From an uncultured Actinomycetes bacterium (GTDB lineage Bacteria > Actinomycetota > Thermoleophilia > UBA2241), in NCBI GenBank assembly GCA_963767005.1, contig CAVYCN010000010.1, positions 64,001 through 128,000 of the forward strand: DNA of 64,000 nucleotides, read 5' to 3'. Both the position numbers and the translations under genes were made by a program. Shown here in pieces: positions 1-10,200 of the stretch; within the stretch, counting starts at the first letter, position 1, and each line of letters starts with the position of its first letter. A model generated the notes under the pieces. It was not told the origin of the DNA and did no database searches. It saw nothing but the letters and a program-made list of their open reading frames with translations.

Positions 1-328
1 CGGTGAAGGGCTCATTGACGTGCAGCGTGTAGGTGCCGGCCTTGAGGCGCGAGCTGTGGCCGTCGAGGCGCGCGCGGATCTCGAAGGCGAGGGCGTGCGG
101 CACGACGTGATGATCCGCGAGGATGTCGGCGATCGCGCCCAGTCCCGAGCCCGCCGGGATCGTGACCGCTACGGGGCCGCCCTCTGGTCCGGTACGAAAG
201 AACGACACGGCGGTGAGGGCGACGAGAACGACCGCGACAAGGGCGATCACCATCGCGGTGAGCGCGGCGAGACGCCGGCGCGCGCGTGCCTTCGCCCTGC
301 TACGCGGCGACTGTCTGTCGGCGGCCAT
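1..328 (-). CDS. mltG: Endolytic transglycosylase MltG/YceG family, N-terminal part (runs off the window edge)
   Basis: Manual translation from ATG 328: MAADRQSPRSRAKARARRRLAALTAMVIALVAVVLVAL (basic + TM), then VAVTIPAGSGLGAIADILADHHVV...RLKAGTYTL, typical of the MltG N-terminal LysM-like subdomain. Not in the ORF track. Confidence 0.8.
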   Translation of the reverse strand, partial: MAADRQSPRSRAKARARRRLAALTAMVIALVAVVLVALTAVSFFRTGPEGGPVAVTIPAGSGLGAIADILADHHVVPHALAFEIRARLDGHSSRLKAGTYTLHVNEPFT

Positions 329-385
329 GCGCGACAGTCTACGGCAAGCGGCCGCGCTCTGCCTGGGAACGGCCGCGAGCCACGG

Positions 386-1345
386 TCAGAGCGGCTCCGC
401 CTCGGGGACCCCGGTCGCGCCGACCGCTTCCTCGCCGCGGCCGAAGACGACGACGAGCAGCCCCGCGCCCAGGATCAGGGCGCCGCCGAGCACGGTCGGG
501 AGCGTGGGGAGCTGACCGACGAGGAAGATGGCGTACAGCGGGCCGGCCACCGGTTCGATGTAGCCGAGGATGGTGACCTGCTCGACCGGCACGCGCCGCG
601 TGCCTTCGATCCACAGCGTGTAGGACACGGCCGTGCAGACCACGCCCATCACGATCGCTCCTATCCAGGCGTGCGCGGTCAGATGGTAGCCGGTGGAGTG
701 GAACTGCCACAGGGCGAGCGGCATCACGATCAGCGTGTCGCCGGCAGCCTCGGCCGTCGAGATCGTCGCCGACGAGACGATCCGCGTGAGGCCCTTCACC
801 GAGATCGTGTACGTCGCATAGCCGAAACCGGTGAACAGCGCGGCGAGCAGGCCGGCCGTCGTGAGGTGCAGGCCGTCGCCGAGCAGGTCGGGCACGACGA
901 TGACCGCAAGGCCGGCGAGAGCCAGGCCGAGAGCCGGCCATACGACGGGCTCCCGCGGCGTGTGGAACACGCGTGGCGCGATGAGCGCGACCCAGAGTGG
1001 CATGAGGAAGAGCAGGAACATGGCAAAGGCGACGCTCGTGTGGCGCACGGCGTAGAAGTACAGCAGCAGGGTGAGCGAGGACATCGCCGCCATGACGAGC
1101 AGGCGCCAGGCGGCGCCCGGCCGCCGCCAGTCCTCGAGCATGGGGCGGCGCAGGAACAGGGCACCCAGCGCGAGCGAAGCGAAGGCCATGCGCAGCACGA
1201 GGATGATGGCCTCGGGAGCGCCGGACCAGGCCACGAGCGGCGCGCTGCCGGCCATGCCGAGGTACGAGGCCAGGACCATCGTGTAGCCGAGCGGGTCGCG
1301 GCGCGGCCGAGCGGTCGCTCCGCGTTCGGCTGTCTCCACGCGCAC
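386..1345 (-). CDS. DMT/EamA family transporter
   Basis: About 10 hydrophobic helices, EamA-type motifs (LRMAFA, ILGYIEPV..., LGGALIL). Start re-assigned to GTG 1345 behind GAAGG; the upstream part of ORF 386..1783 looks non-coding. Confidence 0.85.
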   Translation of the reverse strand: MRVETAERGATARPRRDPLGYTMVLASYLGMAGSAPLVAWSGAPEAIILVLRMAFASLALGALFLRRPMLEDWRRPGAAWRLLVMAAMSSLTLLLYFYAVRHTSVAFAMFLLFLMPLWVALIAPRVFHTPREPVVWPALGLALAGLAVIVVPDLLGDGLHLTTAGLLAALFTGFGYATYTISVKGLTRIVSSATISTAEAAGDTLIVMPLALWQFHSTGYHLTAHAWIGAIVMGVVCTAVSYTLWIEGTRRVPVEQVTILGYIEPVAGPLYAIFLVGQLPTLPTVLGGALILGAGLLVVVFGRGEEAVGATGVPEAEPL

Positions 1346-1418
1346 CGTCACCTTCGTCGCCTGCCCTCGCAGCCTAGCGAGTGGGCGGCGGTGGGCGCAA
1401 GACGGGCGGCTCCCGCCG

Positions 1419-2105
1419 TCAGGCCGTGGGCGACGGCGGAGGGCTCGGCGACGAGGCCGGCGTCTGGGCGGCGCTCGGGCTGGGCGCCGGGCTATCGGTC
1501 GGACTCGACGACGGCGAGGCACTCGGTGCCGGGCTCGGGCTCTCGCTGGGCGACGTACTCGGGGTGGGCGAGGTACTCGCCGTGGGCGAGCTGCTGGGAG
1601 TGGGCGAGGTACTCGCCGTGGGCGAGCTGCTGGGAGTGGGAGATGTGCTCGGCGTGCCCGAGGGCTGGCCGCCCGATCCGCCGGAGCCGGCCGCCGAAGG
1701 CGGCGCGCCTCCCGAGCCGCTCGCCGAGGGGGCGGCCGGGAAGGTGACGGCCGGCAGACCCGGGATCGCGAGCGCCGCCGCAAAGCCGGCTGGACCTACG
1801 ACACGCGGCGCACCGGTCCGCGACGGCGTCGCCCGTCCGTTGGCGGTCGTCGGCGCCGCGCCGGTCGGCGCCGTCGCGCCCCGGCGCGACGCTGTGCTCA
1901 CCGCGGCCGGCGGAACGGCGCCGGCGACGCTGTGAGCGCGGCTGATCATGACCAGGGTCACGACGAGGGCGGCGACGACGGCCGCGGCCACGACGATCGC
2001 CCGGTTGCGACGCCGCCGGCGCAGGAACAGCCAGTAGGGCTCGATGTCGTCGTCTGGCGGCGGCCCGGTTTGCGAGGGGGGCTGGTGCTGCAAGGGTCCG
2101 CTCAC
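1419..2105 (-). CDS. Single-pass membrane protein with Ser/Pro/Thr-rich low-complexity extracellular tail
   Basis: RRRRRNR followed by TM (AIVVAAAVVAALVVTLVMI), then S/P/T repeats. AAGGAG upstream; start GTG 2105 is uncertain. Confidence 0.6.
   Translation of the reverse strand: MSGPLQHQPPSQTGPPPDDDIEPYWLFLRRRRRNRAIVVAAAVVAALVVTLVMISRAHSVAGAVPPAAVSTASRRGATAPTGAAPTTANGRATPSRTGAPRVVGPAGFAAALAIPGLPAVTFPAAPSASGSGGAPPSAAGSGGSGGQPSGTPSTSPTPSSSPTASTSPTPSSSPTASTSPTPSTSPSESPSPAPSASPSSSPTDSPAPSPSAAQTPASSPSPPPSPTA
1564..1640. repeat. 36-bp coding tandem repeat (STSPTPSSSPTA, about 2 copies)
   Basis: gtgggcgaggtactcgccgtgggcgagctgctggga occurs twice in tandem. Confidence 0.8.
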
Positions 2106-2241
2106 GTTCGTTGGATGCCGGCTCCTTGTCCGACGCCGCACCCTCCTTTGGTGCCAAGCTACCCGCGCCGCACGGTCCTACACCCCTGGTCCGATGGCTC
2201 CGTCTCACGATGCGGGGCTCGGCCGGGACGACGCCGGGGGG

Positions 2242-2247
2242 TACAAT
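2242..2247 (+). promoter_or_regulatory. Putative housekeeping sigma -10 box (TACAAT)
   Basis: Near-consensus TACAAT in a GC-rich divergent intergenic region, 7 nt before an ATG. Confidence 0.45.
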
Positions 2248-2310
2248 CGTGGCCATGGTGCTCACGGCGACCTGCCGATCTCTCTCAGGCTCGGACCTGC
2301 TCACGGTGGC

Positions 2311-3903
2311 TTGACGGCCGTGCGTCTGCGGGTCGTGCTCATCGTGATCGCAGTGGTGGCCGCTGTCCTCGCGGCGCTGGCCGGGGCCGCGCTTGCCTTC
2401 TGGCCGCAGGCGCGTCTCGCGCCCGCGGCCGACGCCCTGGTCCATGTATCGCTCACCGGCTTCGCCGGCCACGTGAGCGCGCTCCAGGTGAGCCTGCCCG
2501 ACGGTCGCGAAGTACCGGTCGCGGTACGTCGCGGCGATGTGTGGCCGCTCGTCGGCGTCGCGCCCGCGCAGCGGCTCACGGTCGCGGTGACCGCGCGACG
2601 GCCGCGCTGGATCGGCTGGCTCATCGGGCACGTGCGGCGGCGCACGTTCACGGTGGTCACGCCGAGCGCTCACCTCGAGGGACGGTGGCTCCAGGTCGAC
2701 GCCGGCGCGGCGGTGACGGTGGCCTTCGACCGGCCGGTGTCCCGCCTGTCGGTCGACGGCGCGCCGGTCGTGCTGCCGTCGGCGCGCGCCGTGGTGCCGA
2801 TCAATGTCACCGCGACGGGGTCGGCCGGCTCCGGCACGGTCACCGTCGCCGCCGCCGTGCGACCCTGGGAGCGACTCTCCGACCCGCAGACCGTGAGCTG
2901 GTTTCCGGCACGGCCCTATGCCCAGCTGCTCGCGGTGCCGGCCCCGACCGCGAAGCTCGCCCCGGCCGGTCGTCTCACGCTGACCTTCTCGGAGCCCGTC
3001 GCCGACGTGCTCGGGAGCGCGCGACCGCGCGTCGTACCGGCGGTGGCGGGCGCCTGGGTGCGGCTCGACGCGCACACGATCGCCTTCGAGCCGCGCGGCA
3101 TCGGGTTCGGCCTGGGGGCGAACGTCCGTGTCGAGTTGCCCGTGGGAGTCCATCTCGCCGGGCAGGCCGGCGCCGGGCTCACGCAGACGTTGCATTGGCG
3201 GGTGCCGGACGGCTCGACCCTGCGGCTGCAGCAGCTCCTGGCCGAGCTCGGCTACCTGCCCGTAGGCTGGCTGCCGACCGGTGTCGACCCTGCAACGACC
3301 GCCGGGCAGCTCGAAGACGCCGTCGCGCCGCCGGACGGGCGCTTCGTGTGGCGCTTTTCCGACGACCCGCCCGAGCTGCGCGCGCTCTGGAGTCCCGGGC
3401 AGCCCAATCAGATCACGCGTGGCGCGATCATGATGTTCGAGGACACCCACGACCTGACGGTCGACGGTTTCGCCGGGGCTCACGTGTGGAGCGCCCTCAT
3501 CGCCGATGCGCTTGCCGGGCGCCGTCACCCGGGCGGCTACAACTACGTCTTCGTACACCGCAGCGTGCCGCAGTCACTCAACCTGTGGCATGACGGCCAC
3601 GTCATCCTGAGCTCGCCGGGCAACACCGGCGTGCCGGCCGCCCCGACCGAGCTCGGCACGTTCCCCGTGTTCGAGCATATCCCGGTGGGCACGATGAGCG
3701 GCACCAACCCCGACGGGTCGCGCTACGACGACCCCGGCATCCGCTACATCAGCTACTTCAACCACGGCGAGGCCATCCACTCGTTCAACCGGGCGTCGTT
3801 CGGCACGCCGCAGAGCCTGGGCTGCGTCGAGCTGCCGCTCGCCGCGGCGGCCAGGGTGTGGCCGTACACGCCGATCGGTACGCTCGTCACGATCGAGAAC
3901 TAG
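2311..3903 (+). CDS. L,D-transpeptidase (YkuD family) with N-terminal TM, Ig-like and peptidoglycan-binding segments
   Basis: C-terminal AIHSFNRASFGTPQSLGCV (catalytic His/Cys motif) and PIGTLVTI; PG-binding-like LQQLLAELGY and LTVDGFAG. Start TTG 2311 or GTG 2320. Confidence 0.85.
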   Translation: MTAVRLRVVLIVIAVVAAVLAALAGAALAFWPQARLAPAADALVHVSLTGFAGHVSALQVSLPDGREVPVAVRRGDVWPLVGVAPAQRLTVAVTARRPRWIGWLIGHVRRRTFTVVTPSAHLEGRWLQVDAGAAVTVAFDRPVSRLSVDGAPVVLPSARAVVPINVTATGSAGSGTVTVAAAVRPWERLSDPQTVSWFPARPYAQLLAVPAPTAKLAPAGRLTLTFSEPVADVLGSARPRVVPAVAGAWVRLDAHTIAFEPRGIGFGLGANVRVELPVGVHLAGQAGAGLTQTLHWRVPDGSTLRLQQLLAELGYLPVGWLPTGVDPATTAGQLEDAVAPPDGRFVWRFSDDPPELRALWSPGQPNQITRGAIMMFEDTHDLTVDGFAGAHVWSALIADALAGRRHPGGYNYVFVHRSVPQSLNLWHDGHVILSSPGNTGVPAAPTELGTFPVFEHIPVGTMSGTNPDGSRYDDPGIRYISYFNHGEAIHSFNRASFGTPQSLGCVELPLAAAARVWPYTPIGTLVTIEN

Positions 3904-3919
3904 ACGGAGAGGAACGACT

Positions 3920-4126
3920 ATGGGACCGTGGTTCGGACGCAAGCGCATCGGCTGGGGCTCACGTCCCGTGGCCTGGCAGGGCTGGCTCGTCACGGTCGCC
4001 TACCTGGGCGCCGCCGCGGGGGCTGCGAGCCTGCTGTCCAGGACCGACAAGACACTGTTCGTGGTGGCGCTGGTCGCGCTGACCGCGGTCTACCTGCTGA
4101 TCGTCTGGGCCACGACCGGCGGCTGA
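3920..4126 (+). CDS. Small 2-TM membrane protein (WFGxKxxGWGxxPxxWQGW type), unknown function
   Basis: RBS GGAGAGGA, Trp/Gly-rich N-terminus, two hydrophobic helices, good codon usage. Confidence 0.75.
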   Translation: MGPWFGRKRIGWGSRPVAWQGWLVTVAYLGAAAGAASLLSRTDKTLFVVALVALTAVYLLIVWATTGG

Positions 4127-4151
4127 ACCGGCGGCTCTGCAGCGGCCGTAG

Positions 4152-4196
4152 GAGCGCGACCGGCGGCGGCCGACTCGACCGCCGCCGGTCGCGCTC
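4152..4196. terminator. GC-rich hairpin between convergent genes (18-bp stem, 9-nt loop)
   Basis: gagcgcgaccggcggcgg-ccgactcga-ccgccgccggtcgcgctc, perfect inverted repeat. Confidence 0.8.
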
Positions 4197-4207
4197 TTCT
4201 CCGATCG

Positions 4208-7200
4208 TCAGAAGGATCGCACGGCGCGCACGAGGCAGGTGTCGCTCTTGGCGTGATCGGACTCGCTGCCGTTACCGAAGAGCTCCTGCCACGCATCGAA
4301 GAAGTCGCCCTCCGACGAGCTCCAGTAGTAGGGGGAGGCGGCGAAGGCTGTCCCTCCGTTGGCCGTCGCTGTGGCGTTGATCGCGGCGCGGTACGTGTAG
4401 AGCCAGTTGAGTTCGTCCCTGCTCGGCAGGTACCAGTCGCTGTAGCTGCCCCCGGTGTAGGCTCGGGCGAGGCCCGCGGCGTAGCCGGTGCCGGCGCCGT
4501 TCTGGGCGATGATCGCCGTGGTGTTCGCGAGGCCGGTGCCGAGCGCTGTGCTGGTCGCCCCGACGACCGTGCTCTGATAGGCGGGCAGTGCCCAGACGAT
4601 GCCCGAGCTCTGGTCGGTCAGGGCGGCGATTAGCCCGTGGCATTGCCCGGCAACGTAGCCCGTGTCGCCCGACTGGAAGATGTAGGCGACGACGCCGCCG
4701 CCGTAGAGCGAGCCTACCTGGATCGCGGTGGCGTGGAAGGTCACCGGCGAGCCGCTCAGGCTGCCGCTCGTCGCGGTCAAGGTGCAGGCACCGGCGGTGC
4801 TGCCCAGGGTCCAGCTGCCGACCGTGGCGATGCCGCTCGCGTTCGTTGTCGGCGTGAGGCCCGTGCCCGAGCCGCCGCCGCTGCCGATCGCGAACGTCAC
4901 ACTGGCGCCCGAGACCGGGTTGTTGCCGACGTCGGTCACCAGCACGCTCGGGTTGACGGCGACCGCACTGCCCGGGGAGGCGACCTGGTTGTCGCCGGCG
5001 TTCACCGCGATCTTGCTCGCCGCGCCTACGCTCACCGTGACGTTAGCCGAGACGGCCGAGCTGAGCCCGCTGGAGGCGAAGGTCAGCGTGTAGTTGGTGC
5101 TCACGGTGCCGGCCAGGGTGAGGTTGGTGAAGGTGGCGACACCGCTCGAGGCGGCCACACCGCTCGAGGCCTGGCCGCCGCCCAGCGTGCTGCCGCTCGA
5201 GGAGGTCACGGTGACCGTGGCCGAGCTCGAGGTCACGACGTTGCCGCCCGCGTCCTCGACCTTGACCACGGGCTCGATCGAGAGCAGCGCACCGCAGGCG
5301 CCGCCCACCGGCTGGGTGGTGATCGCCAGCTTGGTGGCCGTCCCGACCGTGACCGTGACGTTAGCCGAGACGGCCGAGCTGAGCCCGCTGGAGGCGAAGG
5401 TCAGCGTGTAGTTGGTGCTCACGGTGCCGGCCAGGGTGAGGTTGGTGAAGGTGGCGACACCGCTCGAGGCGGCCACACCGCTCGAGGCCTGGCCGCCGCC
5501 CAGCGTGCTGCCGCTCGAGGAGGTCACGGTGACCGTGGCGCTGCTGGTCGTCACGTTGCCGGCCGAGTCTTCGATCTTGACCACGGGCTCGATCGAGAGC
5601 AGCGCACCGCAGGCGCCGCCCACCGGCTGGGTGGTGATCGCCAGCTTGGTGGCCGTCCCGACCGTGACCGTGACGTTAGCCGAGACGGCCGAGCTGAGCC
5701 CGCTGGAGGCGAAGGTCAGCGTGTAGTTGGTGCTCACGGTGCCGGCCAGGGTGAGGTTGGTGAAGGTGGCGACACCGCTCGAGGCGGCCACACCGCTCGA
5801 GGCCTGGCCGCCGCCCAGCGTGCTGCCGCTCGAGGAGGTCACGGTGACCGTGGCGCTGCTGCCGGTCACGAGGTTGCCCTGGGCGTCCTGCACCTGGACG
5901 ACCGGCTCGGTGCCGAGCAGGCCGCCGCTCGCGCCGCCCACGGGCTGGGTGGTGATCGCCAGCTTGGCGGCCGCGCCCGGGGTCACCTGCACGTTAGCCG
6001 AGGTAGCCGAGCTGAGCCCGCTGGAGGCGAAGGTCAGCGTGTAGTTGGTGCTCACGGTGCCGGCCAGGGTGAGGTTGGTGAAGGTGGCGACACCGCTCGA
6101 GGCGGCCACACCGCTCGAGGCCTGGCCGCCGCCCAGCGTGCTGCCGCTCGAGGAGGTCACGGTGACCGTGGCGCTGCTGGTCGTCACGTTGCCGGCCGAG
6201 TCTTCGATCTTGACCACGGGCTCGATCGAGAGCAGCGCACCGCAGGCGCCGCCCACCGGCTGGGTGGTGATCGCCAGCTTGGTGGCCGTCCCGACCGTGA
6301 CCGTGACGTTAGCCGAGACGGCCGAGCTGAGCCCGCTGGAGGCGAAGGTCAGCGTGTAGTTGGTGCTCACGGTGCCGGCCAGGGTGAGGTTGGTGAAGGT
6401 GGCGACACCGCTCGAGGCGGCCACACCGCTCGAGGCCTGGCCGCCGCCCAGCGTGCTGCCGCTCGAGGAGGTCACGGTGACCGTGGCGCTGCTGCCGGTC
6501 ACGAGGTTGCCCTGGGCGTCCTGCACCTGGACGACCGGCTCGGTGCCGAGCAGGCCGCCGCTCGCGCCGCCCACGGGCTGGGTGGTGATCGCCAGCTTGG
6601 CGGCCGCGCCCGGGGTCACCTGCACGTTAGCCGAGGTAGCCGAGCTGAGCCCGCTGGAGGCGAAGGTCAGCGTGTAGTTGGTGCTCACGGTGCCGGCCAG
6701 GGTGAGGTTGGTGAAGGTGGCGACACCGCTCGAGGCGGCCACACCGCTCGAGGCCTGGCCGCCGCCCAGCGTGCTGCCGCTCGAGGAGGTCACGGTGACC
6801 GTGGCGCTGCTGGTCGTCACGTTGCCGGCCGAGTCTTCGATCTTGACCACGGGCTCGATCGAGAGCAGCGCACCGCAGGCGCCGCCCACCGGCTGGGTGG
6901 TGATCGCCAGCTTGGTGGCCGTCCCGACCGTGACCGTGACGTTAGCCGAGACGGCCGAGCTGAGCCCGCTGGAGGCGAAGGTCAGCGTGTAGTTGGTGCT
7001 CACGGTGCCGGCCAGGGTGAGGTTGGTGAAGGTGGCGACACCGCTCGAGGCGGCCACACCGCTCGAGGCCTGGCCGCCGCCCAGCGTGCTGCCGCTCGAG
7101 GAGGTCACGGTGACCGTGGCGCTGCTGCCGGTCACGAGGTTGCCCTGGGCGTCCTGCACCTGGACGACCGGCTCGGTGCCGAGCAGGCCGCCGCTCGCGC

Positions 7201-10200
7201 CGCCCACGGGCTGGGTGGTGATCGCCAGCTTGGCGGCCGCGCCGGGCACATAGGTCACGGTCGCCTGTGTCTGGCTGGCGCCGCCGCTCTTGACCGCGTT
7301 GCCGCCGAGGGTGGCGACGAAGACGCCGCTGCCGGTGGCGGTGGGGGCGGTCACGGTCGCGGTGTAGGTGCCGTTGCCGTTGTCGGTGACCGCGCCGATC
7401 GTGCCGGTGCCCGACGACCTCGTGATCGTGACCGTCGCGCCCCCGCTGGTGAGGCTGTTGCCGTTGGCGTCCTTGGCGGTCACAGTCAGCACCTGGGCAG
7501 CCGTGCCGTTGGCGGTGATGCTGGCGCTGGTCGGCGTGAGGGTCGAGTGCGTGGCGTCGGCCGCGCCCGGGGTCACCTGCACGTTAGCCGAGGTAGCCGA
7601 GCTGAGCCCGCTGGAGGCGAAGGTCAGCGTGTAGTTGGTGCTCACGGTGCCGGCCAGGGTGAGGTTGGTGAAGGTGGCGACACCGCTCGAGGCGGCCACA
7701 CCGCTCGAGGCCTGGCCGCCGCCCAGCGTGCTGCCGCTCGAGGAGGTCACGGTGACCGTGGCGCTGCTGGTCGTCACGTTGCCGGCCGAGTCTTCGATCT
7801 TGACCACGGGCTCGATCGAGAGCAGCGCACCGCAGGCGCCGCCCACCGGCTGGGTGGTGATCGCCAGCTTGGTGGCCGTCCCGACCGTGACCGTGACGTT
7901 AGCCGAGACGGCCGAGCTGAGCCCGCTGGAGGCGAAGGTCAGCGTGTAGTTGGTGCTCACGGTGCCGGCCAGGGTGAGGTTGGTGAAGGTGGCGACACCG
8001 CTCGAGGCGGCCACACCGCTCGAGGCCTGGCCGCCGCCCAGCGTGCTGCCGCTCGAGGAGGTCACGGTGACCGTGGCGCTGCTGCCGGTCACGAGGTTGC
8101 CCTGGGCGTCCTGCACCTGGACGACCGGCTCGGTGCCGAGCAGGCCGCCGCTCGCGCCGCCCACGGGCTGGGTGGTGATCGCCAGCTTGGCGGCCGCGCC
8201 GGGCACATAGGTCACGGTCGCCTGTGTCTGGCTGGCGCCGCCGCTCTTGACCGCGTTGCCGCCGAGGGTGGCGACGAAGACGCCGCTGCCGGTGGCGGTG
8301 GGGGCGGTCACGGTCGCGGTGTAGGTGCCGTTGCCGTTGTCGGTGACCGCGCCGATCGTGCCGGTGCCCGACGACCTCGTGATCGTGACCGTCGCGCCCC
8401 CGCTGGTGAGGCTGTTGCCGTTGGCGTCCTTGGCGGTCACAGTCAGCACCTGGGCAGCCGTGCCGTTGGCGGTGATGCTGGCGCTGGTCGGCGTGAGGGT
8501 CGAGTGCGTGGCGTCGGCCGCGCCCGGGGTCACCTGCACGTTAGCCGAGGTAGCCGAGCTGAGCCCGCTGGAGGCGAAGGTCAGCGTGTAGTTGGTGCTC
8601 ACGGTGCCGGCCAGGGTGAGGTTGGTGAAGGTGGCGACACCGCTCGAGGCGGCCACACCGCTCGAGGCCTGGCCGCCGCCCAGCGTGCTGCCGCTCGAGG
8701 AGGTCACGGTGACCGTGGCGCTGCTGGTCGTCACGTTGCCGGCCGAGTCTTCGATCTTGACGACCGGCTCGGTGCCGAGCAGGCCGCCGCTCGCGCCGCC
8801 CACCGGCTGGGTGGTGATCGCCAGCTTGGTGGCGGCGCCGGCGCCCAGCGTGAACGAGCTCGAGGTGACGGCCGCCAGTGATGTCGGCGTGAAGGTCAGC
8901 GTGTGGGATCCGGCCGTACCCGTCAGAATCAGGTTGCTGAAGGTGGCTCGACCGTTTGTGTCCGTGGTGACCGTGGTCGTGCCGCTCAATGCGCCGCCGC
9001 CCGAGGCGATCGAGGCGACCACGGCGACGCCGGCGACGGCGACGTTGTTGCCGCCCGCGTCGCGGAGCTGGACGACGGGCGCTGTGGCGAGGGGCGCACC
9101 GCTGAGCGCGCCGCCGGGCTGGGTGCTCAGTACGCACGCGGCGGCCGCACCGGACGCGATGGCGACGGAGCCGGAGGTCCCCGTCAAGGAGCCGAACTGG
9201 GACGTTGCCGTGAACGTGTGCTGGCCGGCGAGACCGGTGAACGTGAGCTCGTCGCTCAGGTCGGCGACCCCGTTCATGAAGTCGGACGCCTGGTCCAAGA
9301 CATTGAGACCCAGGGAACCGAGGCCGCCGATGGTCCCATCGTTCGGACTGGCGTAGACCGTGACGTGGTTGCCACTGGCGTCGAAGCTGGTGACGGTGTT
9401 GCCAAAGGCGTCTTCTGCGGTGATCGTGTCCGTGCCCGTCAGCGCCACGCCCACGGTCTGGCCGCTGGTGATGCTGACGGCGAACTTGGCCAGGGGGCCC
9501 GGCACGTAGTTGACGGTCGCCTGCGTCTGGGTCGTGCCGCCGTTCATTATCGGATCGTCGTTCAGAGTGGCTTCGAAGACGCCGCTGCCGGTCGCGGTCG
9601 GGGCGGTGACGGTCGCCGAGTAGGTACCGTCGAGGTTGTCGACGACGGGGCCGATCGTGCCTGAGCCGCCCGAAAGCTCCGTGATGGTGACGCTGTCACC
9701 GCCGAGCGTGAGGTCGTTGCCGTAGGCGTCCTTGACCTGCACCGTGATCGTCTGGCTGCTGCTGCCGTCGGCGGTGATCGAGGAGGTCGTCGGGCCGAGG
9801 GTCGACTGGGCTGCGTCTGCAGCGGCGTTGCTCACGCTGATCTGACCGGAGGTGCTGGCGCTGACGAGGCCGTCGGTCACTGTGAGCGAGACGTCGCTGT
9901 CGGCCATTGTCAGCGTCACCTCGGGCGTGGCGACGCCATCTACGAAATCGATCGAGGTGGGCGATACCGTCCCATCTCCGGTGCTGGCCGTCAGCGTCGC
10001 CGGACCGGCGTAGTCGGTCACGACGTTCCCATAGGCATCGTAGGCGGTCACGCTGACGGCGAAGGGGCTGCCGGCCGTCTGGGAACCACTCACCGCTCCG
10101 ATGTCGAAGTGGTCGAGCGGCCCGGGCGAATAGGTCACCGTCAGCTGCGTCTGGCTTGCCTCGCCGCTTTGCACGGCCTCGCCGTTCAGGGTGGCGACGA

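Noticed and set aside
20-1747. 575 aa plus-strand ORF
   Set aside because: Antisense to mltG, EamA and the Ser/Pro-rich gene; no motifs.
4637-8881. 1414 aa plus-strand ORF and the series of ~105 aa MVLTVPARV ORFs
   Set aside because: Antisense shadows of the repeat-rich 2401 aa gene; R/G/A-biased composition and a lack of stops expected from high-GC codon usage.
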